From the NCBI GenBank assembly GCA_963768855.1, contig CAVYJM010000010.1, forward strand, positions 32,001 to 96,000: DNA of 64,000 bases, given 5' to 3'. This document shows, piece by piece, positions 8,596 to 18,876 of the stretch (position 1 is the first letter of the stretch; the number at the start of each line of letters is the position of its first letter). Source of the stretch: an uncultured Thermoplasmata archaeon (lineage in GTDB: Archaea > Thermoplasmatota > Thermoplasmata > RBG-16-68-12). Both the position numbers and the translations under genes were made by a program. A model generated the notes under the pieces. It was not told the origin of the DNA and made no database searches. It worked only from the letters and a program-made list of their open reading frames with translations.

Positions 8596-8962
8596 TGCGG
8601 AACTCCTTCCGCTTCGCTTGATACCTCTTCTCGTAGGAGGAGGGGAGGTGGTAGTACGCGAGTTCCTCGATCCGCTTCTGATTCTTCACGAAAATCTCCT
8701 TCGACGTCGTCGTCACGAGACGGTCGAACTCCCGCTCCTTGCGGATCGTGTCGATGAAGTAGTACCCCCCGGCCAGGAGTGCGAGGAATCCGAGGAAGGC
8801 CACCCAGATCATCCAGTTCCCGATCCCGTTGTTGATGCTCTTCAGCCAGTCCGGGGTCTGGTTCGGGATGAGCCAGTAGGTGATGGAGAGGATCATGCTG
8901 AGGATGCCGAGCCCGAAGACGAGCGTGCTCAACTCGTAGCGGAAGTCTCTCAGGGAGACCAT
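8585..8962 (-). CDS. DUF3198-like membrane protein
   Basis: Two TM helices then EFDRLVTTTSKEIFVKNQKRIEELAY..LPSSYE, typical of the Thermoplasmata family. Start trimmed to ATG 8962. Confidence 0.7.
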   Translation of the reverse strand: MVSLRDFRYELSTLVFGLGILSMILSITYWLIPNQTPDWLKSINNGIGNWMIWVAFLGFLALLAGGYYFIDTIRKEREFDRLVTTTSKEIFVKNQKRIEELAYYHLPSSYEKRYQAKRKEFRIKS

Positions 8963-9051
8963 GCGCCGCGGGCTATGGGTGCGACGGTCATAAGCTTTGC
9001 TCGCAGCAGCCCAAGGTTCAACCTCCGAGTCTGCATCTCCTCCCTCATCCC

Positions 9052-10227
9052 ATGGTGCTTCGGACGCCTTTGTATGACTGGCACGTCGCCGCGGGTGCAC
9101 GCCTGATCGAGTTCGGCGGCTGGGAGATGCCTCTCCAGTACTCCGGGATCATCGAAGAACACCTCACCGTCCGGCGGGCCGCGGGGCTCTTCGATGTGAG
9201 TCACATGGGTAAGCTCCTGGTCCAGGGTCCGTCCGCGCACGCGTTCCTCGATGGGCTGAGCGCGAACGACGTGGCGACCATGCCCGGTCGGGCGCGCTAC
9301 ACGCATCTCCTGCGGGAAGACGGCACGACCATCGATGACCTCATCATCACCACCCTCGCCTCGGACCGGTTCTTCGTCGTCTGCAACGCGGGTCCCCGCC
9401 CCGCGGTCCTCGCCTGGCTCGAGGCGCACCGCCCCGCGGACGTGCGCATCGATGACCTGACCTTGTCCCACCTGTGCCTCGCGTTGCAGGGTCCTGAGGC
9501 GCCCGACCTGCTCCAACGGTTCACGTCCGTCGAGCTGCGCGGGGTCAAGCCGTTCTGGGGCGCGGTCTTGGACTTCGACCCGTCCCGGGGGCGGGTTGCA
9601 GTGGAAACCGAGGGGTGGGGGTCTGTGGTTCAGGACGCCCTGACGGCGGCCGCCTCGGGCTTGGAGGCCACCTCCGGTTCCGGTGGAGCCCGGTTCCTCG
9701 CCACCCATACGGGCTACACCGGGGAGATGGGGTTCGAGCTCTTTCCACCCGCAACGATGGGGCGGGGGGTCTGGGAAACCCTTCTCGCGGCCGGCGCGGA
9801 TGTCGGCATCAGGCCAATCGGCCTGGGCGCCCGCGACACCCTCCGCCTGGAAAAGGGCTACCTCTTGTCGGGGCAGGACTTCACGGGCACGCAGACCCCC
9901 CTTGAGACAAACTGTGCGTGGATCGTGAAGTGGGACCGCCCGTTCGTCGGGCGAGCGGCCCTCCAGGCTCAGCGCTCCCGGGACGACTACCCTCGGCTGG
10001 TCGGGCTGAGGCTCTTGGACCGTGGGATTCCCCGGCACGAGTGCGCGGTCCTCTCCGAAGGCTTGCCGATCGGGCGCGTCACGAGCGGCACGCTCTCGCC
10101 ATCCCTGCGCCTCGGCATCGCGCTCGCTTCCATCGATAGGGCGCATGCCGCGCCCGGCGTTCGGGTCGACGTTGACATCCGCGACACACGGCATCCCGCG
10201 CAGGTGGTCCGCCTCCCCTTCTTGTGA
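9052..10227 (+). CDS. gcvT: Glycine cleavage system aminomethyltransferase T
   Basis: LRTPLYDWH, FGGWEMPLQY, GLFDVSHMG, TGYTGEMGFE, GLGARDTLRLEKGY motifs. Confidence 0.95.
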   Translation: MVLRTPLYDWHVAAGARLIEFGGWEMPLQYSGIIEEHLTVRRAAGLFDVSHMGKLLVQGPSAHAFLDGLSANDVATMPGRARYTHLLREDGTTIDDLIITTLASDRFFVVCNAGPRPAVLAWLEAHRPADVRIDDLTLSHLCLALQGPEAPDLLQRFTSVELRGVKPFWGAVLDFDPSRGRVAVETEGWGSVVQDALTAAASGLEATSGSGGARFLATHTGYTGEMGFELFPPATMGRGVWETLLAAGADVGIRPIGLGARDTLRLEKGYLLSGQDFTGTQTPLETNCAWIVKWDRPFVGRAALQAQRSRDDYPRLVGLRLLDRGIPRHECAVLSEGLPIGRVTSGTLSPSLRLGIALASIDRAHAAPGVRVDVDIRDTRHPAQVVRLPFL

Positions 10228-10310
10228 ACCGCCTCCCTATGGAGAGATTTCGGTTCTCCTCAAGTCCGCACCCGCAGGGTTAAAGGCCCCCGCTGCGTTG
10301 TCAGGACCAA

Positions 10311-10360
10311 CTGGTAACAAACATGGTAAACGAATGCCGGGCGGCTGGTAACAGACGTGC
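10311..10360 (+). promoter_or_regulatory. Direct repeats (TGGTAA x3) upstream of nrdJ
   Basis: CTGGTAACAAAC at 10311, TGGTAA at 10324, CTGGTAACAGAC at 10345. TATA-like TTAAAG at 10280-10285. Confidence 0.4.
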
Positions 10361-10467
10361 TTCAAAAAGAACTATACCCCCTCACCCTGTTCGCCGCGCC
10401 CACCCCCAGGGATGGTCCGTAACGACTGGCCTGTCCGTCACCGAACCCTGTCTGGAGAGGTTCTTCC

Positions 10468-13400
10468 ATGGAGCAGATCAAAGTTGAATCGAAGGGCATC
10501 GACGTCCTCGCCCCTGAGCCCGATCCCAAGCTGTCCGAGAACGCCCTCCGGGTCCTCGAGAAGCGATACCTGAAGCGGGATGACAAGAACAACGTCACGG
10601 AGACTCCCAAGGAGCTGTTCGTCCGCGTGGCTTGGAACCTGGCCCAGGCCGAACGCTACTACGGCGCCGACGAGACGCGCGTCGCGGAGATGGCCCGCCG
10701 TTTCTACCGCCTCATGGCCGACCTGGATTTCCTGCCGAACAGCCCTACCCTGATGAACGCGGGGCTCGAACTCCAGCAGCTGAGCGCGTGCTTCGTCCTG
10801 CCCGTCGACGACAGCCTCGCCGGAATCTTCGAGGCGCTCAAGCAGCAGGCGCTCATCCACCAGTCCGGCGGCGGCACGGGTTTCTCCTTCTCACGGCTCC
10901 GGCCCAAGGGCGACTTCGTCAAGTCCACGATGGGGGTGGCCTCGGGCCCCGTCTCATTCATGAAGATCTTCGACGAGGCGACGCAGCAGGTCAAGCAGGG
11001 GGGAAAGCGCCGCGGAGCGAACATGGGCATCCTCCGCGTAGACCACCCCGACATCCTCGAGTTCATCACGTGCAAGGACAAGACCTCGGAGATCACGAAC
11101 TTCAACATCTCCGTGGCCGTGACCGACAAGTTCATGGAGGCCGTGAAGGCCGGCACGACCTACGATCTCGTGAACCCCCGGAACAAGCAGGTCGTGAAGA
11201 AGCTCGACGCCCGCGAGGTCTTCGACAAGATCGCCTTCCAGGCGTGGAAGAACGGCGAGCCGGGACTCTTCCTCGTGGACGAGACGAACCGCCGGCAGTC
11301 GACGCCGAACGTCGGCCTGATGGAAGCGACGAATCCGTGCGTCACGGGGGACACCTTGGTGTCGACCGAACGCGGCTTGGTTTCCATGGCGGAGCTCGCA
11401 GAGAGATACCCTGATGGCGGGATTTCTATCGTAACGGACCGTCGCGTCCCCGCAGAGGTCGTCACCGAGTCCAACGGCATGCTCCTCGCCTCGCGGGACG
11501 AAGCGGAGCGCGGCACGCGGCTCGGGCCTATGCTCGCGGCTTGGCGGACGGGCGTCAAGCCCGTGTGGAGGATTACGACGAAGTCCGGGTTCGTGCTGAG
11601 CGGCACGGCGGACCACAAGGTGCTGACCACAGAGGGGTGGGTTCCGATAGGAGACTTGGTCCCAGGGGTCCACAAGGTGCTGATTCAGTCGGGCGAAGGG
11701 AAGTATACAGAGGACCGAAGCCTCCCCTTTGAGCCAATCAACGTTCACATCGGCGGCAACGGGAAGACGACGATTCTCAACCTCCCGACCAAATGGTCCC
11801 GAGAACTCGGTTTGGTGCTCGGCTGGCTCTTGGGCGACGGCTGGTTGCGGTCCGGCGACAAGAACTGCCGAGTGGGTTTTACGTTTTCGAAGAGTGACGC
11901 ACCGATGTTTGCCTCGCTCAAGCCGATCTTGAATCGATGGTACGGACGGGAAATTCGCGGCGTTCGCAGAACCAACGGCGTCTACCATCTGTCCTATCAC
12001 TCACGGTTCTTCGTCGAGTTCTTCGAGCGACTTGGCGTGAAATCTGTCGACGGTGCCGAGAAGGAAGTTCCCCGGTCCTTGTTCACCGCGCCGCGTGAAG
12101 CAGTGGTTGGATTCCTACAGGGCTTGTTCACCGCAGATGGTACTGTGAGGGATCACCGGAACTGCAACAGCTCCGGGATCGCCCTCACCTCCAAGAGCCA
12201 TGAGCTACTCCGAGGCGTGCAGTTGCTCCTCCTGGGCCTCGGAATCCGCTCCCGGATTCTGAACCGGAGTCGCGCACCTCGGAAGGCGTTGTTCAGATAT
12301 GTAACGAAGGACGGAGAGGATCGAACCTACGGCTCCGATGGTGTGTTGTATGAGCTTTTCATCTTCGGGGAGTCAAGGCAGCGATTCGAGCACGCCGTCG
12401 GATTTCTGGATGAAAAGCACGCCCAGCTATCTCACGTCCGCTATCCGCGCTTCTACCAAACGAAGTTCGAGGACAAGCTGACCGGAAAGGAACTCCTCGG
12501 GGATCGCGAGGTCTTCGATCTCACAGAAGCCTCTTCGCATTCAATGATATGCAACGGCATCGTCGTTCGGCAGTGCGGCGAGCAGCCACTCTTCCCCTAC
12601 GAGTCCTGCAACCTCGGTTCGGTCAACCTCGAGAAGCACATGGTCCGCGGCCGGGGCACGACCGGTGGGAGGTCGACTGGAAGAAGCTCGAAGCCACGAT
12701 CCGGACGACCGTCCGCATGCTCGACAACGTGATCGACATGAACGCCTACCCGGTCAAGGAAATCGAGGAGATGACGAAGGCCACGCGGAAGGTCGGCCTG
12801 GGCGTCATGGGCTTCGCGCGCATGCTCTTCATGCTCGAGGTCCCCTACGACGGCCCCGAGGGCGTCGAGTGGGGACGCAAGATTATGCGGTTCCTCCACG
12901 AGACCGGCTACGACGAGAGCCAGAAGCTCGCGGCGGAGCGCGGCACCTACCCGGCGTGGGAGGGGAGCCGCCATTGGGAGCAGGGCCTCCGGATGCGCAA
13001 CTCGTACGTGACCACGGTCGCGCCGACGGGCACCCTGTCCATGATCGCGGACACGTCCGGCGGCTGTGAGCCCGAGTTCAGCCTGATCTGGTTCAAGCGG
13101 GTCATGGAGGGTGAGGAGCTTCCATACTTCCTCGAGTACTTCGAGGAGGTCGCGCGTCGGGAGGGATTCTGGCGGGAGGACCTCGTCCAGCGGATCACGG
13201 AGAACCACGGATCGACCCGCGGCATTGCGGACATCCCGGAGAAGTGGCAGCGCGTCTTCGCCGTCGCCCACGACGTCGCGCCGGAGTGGCACGTCCGGAT
13301 GCAGGCCGCCTTCCAGGATTACTGCGACGCCGCCGTGTCCAAGACGATCAACCTTCCGAAGGAGGCGACCGCGGAGGACGTCAAGAAGGCGTACCTCCTG

Positions 13401-14075
13401 GCCTTCGACCTGAAGTGCAAGGGCATCACGGTGTACCGCGACGGCTCGCGCGAGGACCAGGTGATGAACATCGGCGTCTCGGAGACGGAGAAGCCGAAGG
13501 AAGTCAAGATCCAGGTCCCCGCGGAGGTCCCCGTGGCCCTGCGCCCGCGGCCCCGTCCGGACGTGATCACGGGCCGCACCCAGAAGATCCTGACGGGCTA
13601 CGGCGCCCTGTACGTCACGGTCAACGAGGACGACAGGGGGCTGTTCGAGGTCTTCGCCCAGATCGGCCGCGGCGGCGGGTACACCGCGTCCTTCACGGAA
13701 GGCATCGCGCGCCTCGTGTCCCTCTGCCTGCGGTCCGGCGTCCCGGTCGATGAGATCATCGACCAGCTCGAGGGTATCCGCAGCCCGCGGATCGCCGTCG
13801 ACCACGGCGAGCGGGTGTACTCCGTCCCGGATGCGGTCGCGAAGGCGATGAAGCGCCACATCGGGATGCAGAAGACCGGCGTCCAGCCGCCCGTCGAGAC
13901 ATACGACGAGCTCGGGGGCGCCGTCGAGACGGACGTCGAGCTGGAGAAGGAGTCCCGCGACGTCGAGGAGATGCTCAAGAAGGGCCTGAACCCGGAGTGC
14001 CCGGAGTGCGGGAAGCAGCTCGTGTACGAGGAGGGCTGCGTGAAGTGCCACTCCTGCGGGTACTCCGAGTGCTGA
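10468..14075 (+). CDS. nrdJ: Class II (adenosylcobalamin-dependent) ribonucleotide reductase, intein-containing, with one frameshift near 12650
   Basis: FLPNSPTLMNAG, LSACFV, QSGGGTGF, RRGANMG, TNPC|GEQPL, ESCNLGS in frame 1. VGLGVMG, TVAPTGTLS, KTINLP, GITVYRDGSR and a C-terminal Zn-ribbon lie in the 12549..14075 frame. No N-terminal ATP-cone. Confidence 0.93.
11338..12573 (+). mobile_element. Intein with LAGLIDADG homing endonuclease (412 aa) in NrdJ
   Basis: Starts CVTGDTLV after TNP and ends NGIVVRQ before catalytic CGEQPL. LAGLIDADG blocks LGWLLGDG and FLQGLFTADG. Visibly lower GC than the exteins. Confidence 0.93.
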
Positions 14076-14130
14076 TTCCGCCACCCCGACGGTCGAAAGG
14101 GAGAAGTGCCCGCGCGGCTACCCGGGTTCG

Positions 14131-15126
14131 ATGGCCCGCGTCCTCTTCACCTGCTCAATGGACGCCGAGCGCCGTGCGGTCCTCGCGGAGCGGAACCGGG
14201 ACGCGTTCGAGGCCGTGATCCTCGACGATCTGCCGGAGCCTTCGCGGGTCACGGCCTGGTCCCAGGCGGACGTCCTCGTCACGACGGGCTTCGGGCGCGA
14301 GATTCCCGACGACCTGGCGGCTCGCGCGCCGCGCCTCCGGATGCTCCAGACCTTGGTCGCCGGGGTCGACCACCTGCCGTACCGCTCCCTGCCGAAATCT
14401 CTCCTCGTGTGCGGGAACGCGGGTGCGTACAACACCTCCGTGGGGGAGCACGCGATGGCGCTCCTGCTCTCCGCGGCGAAGGACGTCCCGCAGCGGACCC
14501 GCGAGATCGCGGCCGGCGTGTTCGACCAGAACGCACCGAGCAAAGCCCTCTCCGGCGCGACGGTCCTGATCCTCGGAATGGGCGGGATCGGGACGACCGT
14601 CGCGGGTGCGTGCAAGGCCTTCCGGATGCACGTGATTGGCGTCAGCCGGTCCGGGACGCTCGTCGCGCCCGCGGACGAGGCGGGCACCTTGGCGGACGTC
14701 CCCCGTCTCCTCCCCCGGGCCGACTACGTCGTCCTCGCGCTGCCCCTCACCGCGACGACCGTGGGCCTCGTGAACCGAGCGTTCCTGTCCGCGATGAAGG
14801 ACGACGCGGTCCTCGTGAACATCGCCCGCGGCCGGATGGTCGTCGAGGACGACTTGTTCGAGCACCTGCGCGCCCATCCGGACTTCCGCGCCGCGCTGGA
14901 CGTCTGGTGGGTCTACCCGGCCGGGACGTCCGGTCGACCCTTCCATCGCCCGTTCCACGAACTCCTGAACGTGATCATGACCCCGCACAACGCGAACGCG
15001 ATCCCGGGGCAGCGCCGGTGGGCCATGGAGGCGGCCCTCGACAACGTCCTCCGATTCCTGCACGGGGAGACGCCCCGGAACGTCGTGGACGTGACAGAAT
15101 ATGACACTGGCGCCGGGTCCCGTTAA
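14131..15126 (+). CDS. D-isomer specific 2-hydroxyacid dehydrogenase
   Basis: AGVDHL, ILGMGGIG, VNIARG, ALDVWW, TPHNA motifs. Confidence 0.9.
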   Translation: MARVLFTCSMDAERRAVLAERNRDAFEAVILDDLPEPSRVTAWSQADVLVTTGFGREIPDDLAARAPRLRMLQTLVAGVDHLPYRSLPKSLLVCGNAGAYNTSVGEHAMALLLSAAKDVPQRTREIAAGVFDQNAPSKALSGATVLILGMGGIGTTVAGACKAFRMHVIGVSRSGTLVAPADEAGTLADVPRLLPRADYVVLALPLTATTVGLVNRAFLSAMKDDAVLVNIARGRMVVEDDLFEHLRAHPDFRAALDVWWVYPAGTSGRPFHRPFHELLNVIMTPHNANAIPGQRRWAMEAALDNVLRFLHGETPRNVVDVTEYDTGAGSR

Positions 15127-15240
15127 CCGATGGGCGCCGTTACCCCCTAGACAATACCTTGTGACATAAAGGCTTAAAAGGGGTCCCCCCTACTTGCCGG
15201 CACTCCCGATATCCACGTGTGATGTCCGGGAGGTGTGTCT

Positions 15241-16503
15241 ATGCCGAAACCGAAGGAATCTCTGAACCCCTTTGAGGTCGCCCAAGAGCAGATCGACCGG
15301 GCCGGGAAGAAGCTGAACCTGGACGCCGATCTCCTCGAGCTCCTCAAGCACCCGAAACGCGAACTCCACGTGAACTTCCCCGTCAAGATGGACGACGGGC
15401 ATACGAGGGTCTTCACGGGGTATCGCGTGCAGTACAACGACGCCCGCGGACCGTTCAAGGGCGGGATCCGGTATCACTGGAACGTCAGCATCGACGAGGT
15501 CCGAGCCCTCGCGTGCTGGATGACGTGGAAGTGCGCGGTCATGGACATCCCCTACGGCGGGGCGAAGGGCGGCATCATCTGCAACCCGAAGGAGCTGTCC
15601 AAGGCGGAGAACGAGCGCATGACGCGCCGCTACGCGTCCGAGATCTCGATCATCATCGGCCCCGAGAAGGACATCCCAGCCCCGGACGTCTACACGGACG
15701 GCCAGACGATGGCCTGGATCATGGACACGATCTCCATGGCCAAGGGCTATACCGTCTCCGGCGTGGTCACGGGCAAGCCGATCCCGATCGGCGGATCCCT
15801 CGGCCGAGACGAGGCCACGGCCCGCGGCGCGGTCTACACGACCCGCGAGGCGGCCAAGAAGATCAAGCTGAACCTGAAGGGCGCGACCGTCGCGGTCCAG
15901 GGATTCGGCAATGCCGGCTACCACTACGCTCGCCTCATGCAGGACGAGTACGGCTCCAAGATCGTCGCCGTCTCGGACAGCAAGGGTGGCATTTACAGCG
16001 AGAAGGGCTTCGACCCGAAGGAAGTCATGGCCTACAAGGAGAAGACCGGATCTGTCGTGGGCTTCCCCGGAACGAAGAAGATCACGAACGAGGAGCTCCT
16101 CGAGCTCGCCGTGGACATCCTGTCCCCCGCAGCCCTGGAGAACCAGATCACCTCGGAGAACGCGCCCCGCATCAAGGCGAAGATCAGCGCGGAGTGCGCG
16201 AACGGCCCGACGACCCCCGAGGCGGATGACATCCTCTTCAAGAAGGGCGTCCTCGTGATCCCGGACATCCTCGCGAACGGCGGCGGCGTGACCGTCTCCT
16301 ACTTCGAGTGGGTCCAGGACCTCGCGAACTTCTTCTGGACGAAGCCGGAAGTCGACCAGAAGCTCGAAGGCATCATGGTGCGTGCGTTCGACGCGGTCTG
16401 GAAGATGCACGAGGAGAAGAAGTGCGACATGCGCCAGGCGGCGTACATGGTCGCGATCAACCGCGTCGCGGAAGCGTACAAGTGGCGCGGCATCTATCCG
16501 TAG
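15241..16503 (+). CDS. gdhA: Glu/Leu/Phe/Val dehydrogenase (glutamate dehydrogenase)
   Basis: GPFKGGIRYH, PYGGAKGG, DIPAPDV, VTGKP, QGFGNAG, ECANGP, GVTVSYFEWVQ. GGAGGTG RBS upstream. Confidence 0.95.
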   Translation: MPKPKESLNPFEVAQEQIDRAGKKLNLDADLLELLKHPKRELHVNFPVKMDDGHTRVFTGYRVQYNDARGPFKGGIRYHWNVSIDEVRALACWMTWKCAVMDIPYGGAKGGIICNPKELSKAENERMTRRYASEISIIIGPEKDIPAPDVYTDGQTMAWIMDTISMAKGYTVSGVVTGKPIPIGGSLGRDEATARGAVYTTREAAKKIKLNLKGATVAVQGFGNAGYHYARLMQDEYGSKIVAVSDSKGGIYSEKGFDPKEVMAYKEKTGSVVGFPGTKKITNEELLELAVDILSPAALENQITSENAPRIKAKISAECANGPTTPEADDILFKKGVLVIPDILANGGGVTVSYFEWVQDLANFFWTKPEVDQKLEGIMVRAFDAVWKMHEEKKCDMRQAAYMVAINRVAEAYKWRGIYP

Positions 16504-16515
16504 GCGCGAAAACCC

Positions 16516-16551
16516 GGGGGCCACTCGGCCCCCTTTCCCTCTTTTCATTTT
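16516..16551 (+). terminator. Hairpin plus T-rich terminator after gdhA
   Basis: GGGGGCC-ACTC-GGCCCCC followed by TTTCCCTCTTTTCATTTT. Confidence 0.7.
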
Positions 16552-16635
16552 CCCGCGGCCCGAGCGAGGGCGCCGCCCTCCGGAGCGCGGGGGGCGCGAC
16601 ACGATTAAATAGCGTCCGTTCCTACGCGCGCTCAC

Positions 16636-17433
16636 ATGCCCCTCAACCTCATCGTCTGCCTGAAGCAGATACCCAATCCGGACCTCCAGTTCGCCATCGC
16701 GCCGACGGGGAAGGACATCAAGCGCGAGACCCTGAACTACAAGACGAACGGGTCCGACGAATACGCCCTGGAGGAGGCCGTGCGGATCAAGGAGAAACAC
16801 GGCGGCCGCGTGGTCGCGCTCACGATGGGCCCGAAGCGCGCGGACTCCATGCTCCGCGAGGCGCTCGCCAAGGGCGCGGACGAGGCCGTCCGTATCTCCT
16901 ACGAGGACGTCGGGGGCTACGACGCAGGGAAGACGGGGCGGATCCTCGCCGCGGCAATCAAGACGCTCCCCCACGACCTCGTCCTCACGGGCGTCCAGTC
17001 GGACGATCTCGTGAACTCGGCCACCGGCGCGCTCGTCGCGGGCCTGCTCGGCCTCGCCCACGTGAGTGTCGTCACGAAGGTCGAGGTCCAGGGGACCGGC
17101 ATCGAGGTCTGGAGCGAGCTCGAGGGCGGCCTTTCGCGCCGATACTCCGTCCCGCTCCCCGCACTGGTCTCGATCCAGTTCGGGGCGAACGTCCCGCGGT
17201 ACGCGCCCCTCCCCGCGATCATGAAAGCCACGAGGCAACCGATCAAGGAAATCGCGCCCGCGGCCCTGGGCGTGCCGGGCTGGGACGCGATCGCGACGCC
17301 GTACGCGTTCGCGATCCGCAAGCTCTCCCCGCCCGAGGCGAAGGGCCACGCGACGATGATCTCGGGCAGCCCCGAGGAGCAGGCGAAGAAGCTCGCCCAG
17401 ATGCTCCGCGAGAAGGGCTTCGTGAGGAGGTGA
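16636..17433 (+). CDS. etfB: Electron transfer flavoprotein beta subunit
   Basis: VCLKQIP, DEYALEEA, LAKGADEA, LTGVQSDD, NVPRYAPL motifs. Confidence 0.93.
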   Translation: MPLNLIVCLKQIPNPDLQFAIAPTGKDIKRETLNYKTNGSDEYALEEAVRIKEKHGGRVVALTMGPKRADSMLREALAKGADEAVRISYEDVGGYDAGKTGRILAAAIKTLPHDLVLTGVQSDDLVNSATGALVAGLLGLAHVSVVTKVEVQGTGIEVWSELEGGLSRRYSVPLPALVSIQFGANVPRYAPLPAIMKATRQPIKEIAPAALGVPGWDAIATPYAFAIRKLSPPEAKGHATMISGSPEEQAKKLAQMLREKGFVRR

Positions 17434-17437
17434 TCGC

Positions 17438-18406
17438 ATGGGCAAGGACATCCTCCTCCTGGCCGAGCATCTCGAGGGCAAGCTCGCCCCCTCCACGCTG
17501 GAGATCGTCGCGAAGGGACGCGAACTGGCGGCGCAGTCCGGCGGTGTCGCGAAGGCCGCGCTCTTCGGCCACGACGCCGGCGGTCTCGCGCAGGCCCTTG
17601 CGGGCTATGGGCTCCCGGTGCTTCTCGTCGACGATGCCTCCCTGTCCGAGTACACGGGGGGCGGGTACGGCCAGGCGGCCCGCGCCCTGGTCGAATCGCT
17701 CGCTCCGCGCGTCGTCCTCGCGGCCCACACGTCCCAGGGATATGACCTGGCGCCCGGCCTCGCGGGTGCGATGGACCTGCCGCTCGCGTCGAACTGCGTG
17801 GACATCCGGCTCGAGGGCGACAAGCTGGTCGCGACGCGCCGTATCCTCAACGAGAAGGTCCAGGGCGAATTCGAGATCTCATCCGAGAAGCCCTACGTCG
17901 TCACCCTGCGGCCCGGATCGACGAAGCCCGCGGAGCCCGCGCCTGGCGGCCAGGTCACGCCGATGGCCGTGGCGATCGAGCCGTCCCAGGTCCGGGAGAA
18001 GTTCCTCGGGATCGAGCGGCCCCAGGTCTCGGACATCGACATCGCCGCCGCGGACGTCATCGTCTCGGCAGGCCGGGGCATCCAGAAGAAGGAGAACCTC
18101 GCAATCATCGAGGAGTTCGCGAAGATCCTCGGCGGCGTCGTGGGCGCCTCCCGGCCCCTGACGGACCTGGAGTGGCTTCCGAAGACCCGCCAGGTGGGGC
18201 AGAGCGGGAAGACCGTGCGCCCCAAGCTCTACATCGCGTGCGGCATCAGCGGCGCGATGCAGCACGTGGCCGGGATGAAGGACGCGGGGCTCATCGTCGC
18301 GATCAACACGGATCCGAGCGCGCCGATCTTCGAGATCGCCCACGTGGGAATCGTGGGCAACGTCCTCCAGGTCGTGCCGCTCGCGGTGAAGGAGCTCAAG
18401 GGCTGA
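17438..18406 (+). CDS. etfA: Electron transfer flavoprotein alpha subunit
   Basis: VIVSAGRG, VGASRP, QVGQSGKTVRPKLYIACGISGAMQH, AINTD motifs. Confidence 0.95.
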   Translation: MGKDILLLAEHLEGKLAPSTLEIVAKGRELAAQSGGVAKAALFGHDAGGLAQALAGYGLPVLLVDDASLSEYTGGGYGQAARALVESLAPRVVLAAHTSQGYDLAPGLAGAMDLPLASNCVDIRLEGDKLVATRRILNEKVQGEFEISSEKPYVVTLRPGSTKPAEPAPGGQVTPMAVAIEPSQVREKFLGIERPQVSDIDIAAADVIVSAGRGIQKKENLAIIEEFAKILGGVVGASRPLTDLEWLPKTRQVGQSGKTVRPKLYIACGISGAMQHVAGMKDAGLIVAINTDPSAPIFEIAHVGIVGNVLQVVPLAVKELKG

Positions 18407-18468
18407 GCCTCCCCGCCCTCCGACGGGCCCCCGGAGCTTTCATCTAGACCGCGGCGCCATCCCGATGC

Positions 18469-18870
18469 ATGGTCCAGCCGCCCCCGCAGCCGTACTGGCC
18501 TCCCGCGCGGCCGCTCGCCTGGCAGTCCCCCGGGGCGATTATCGGGATCGTGCTCGCTGCGGTCTTCGGGATCTTCTTCCTGCTCTTCGTCGTCTCGGGG
18601 TTCGGGATGAGCGGATTCCCCGGGGTCATGTTCGCACCATTCTGCGCGATCTTCCTAATCATCGTCGTCGTCATCGTACTCGCGGCGTCCCAAGGCCTGA
18701 GGCGGGCCCCGATTCCCCCGCCGCCCCCAATCCAGCAGCCCATGGTCCCCGCGGGCCAGATGGGCCCAGTCGCCCTGAACTGCCCCAACTGCGGCGCGCC
18801 CCCGCAGAACGTGGACCGGTTCGGAGTCGCGACCTGCACGTACTGCAACGCGCGCTTCCTCGTGCGGTGA
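18469..18870 (+). CDS. Proline-rich two-TM membrane protein with C-terminal zinc ribbon
   Basis: PPPQPYWPP N-terminus, two TM helices, PPPPP tract, CPNCG...CTYC. Confidence 0.75.
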   Translation: MVQPPPQPYWPPARPLAWQSPGAIIGIVLAAVFGIFFLLFVVSGFGMSGFPGVMFAPFCAIFLIIVVVIVLAASQGLRRAPIPPPPPIQQPMVPAGQMGPVALNCPNCGAPPQNVDRFGVATCTYCNARFLVR

Positions 18871-18876
18871 GGGTCC

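Noticed and set aside
9012-9025. AAGGTTCAACCT palindrome between DUF3198 and gcvT as a third copy of the AACCTT-N4-AAGGTT motif
   Set aside because: The half-sites are in the opposite order with a 1-nt spacer; other AACCTT hits (e.g. 47772) lack the second half-site.
10228-10467. Cobalamin riboswitch upstream of nrdJ
   Set aside because: The conserved B12-box and GGGAA...GCCACTG-type core could not be found by eye; an Rfam scan would settle it.
12640-12670. Programmed -1 ribosomal frameshift in nrdJ
   Set aside because: There is no slippery heptamer; a single-base deletion in a G/C run is simpler.
12597-14084. Long antisense or alternative-frame ORFs (also 277..1518, 15190..17496, 16308..18161, 24649..26577, 46151..48127, 58271..59977 and many more)
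   Set aside because: They are shadows of real genes in high-GC DNA: Arg/Pro/Gly-rich or mirror-codon translations with no motifs.
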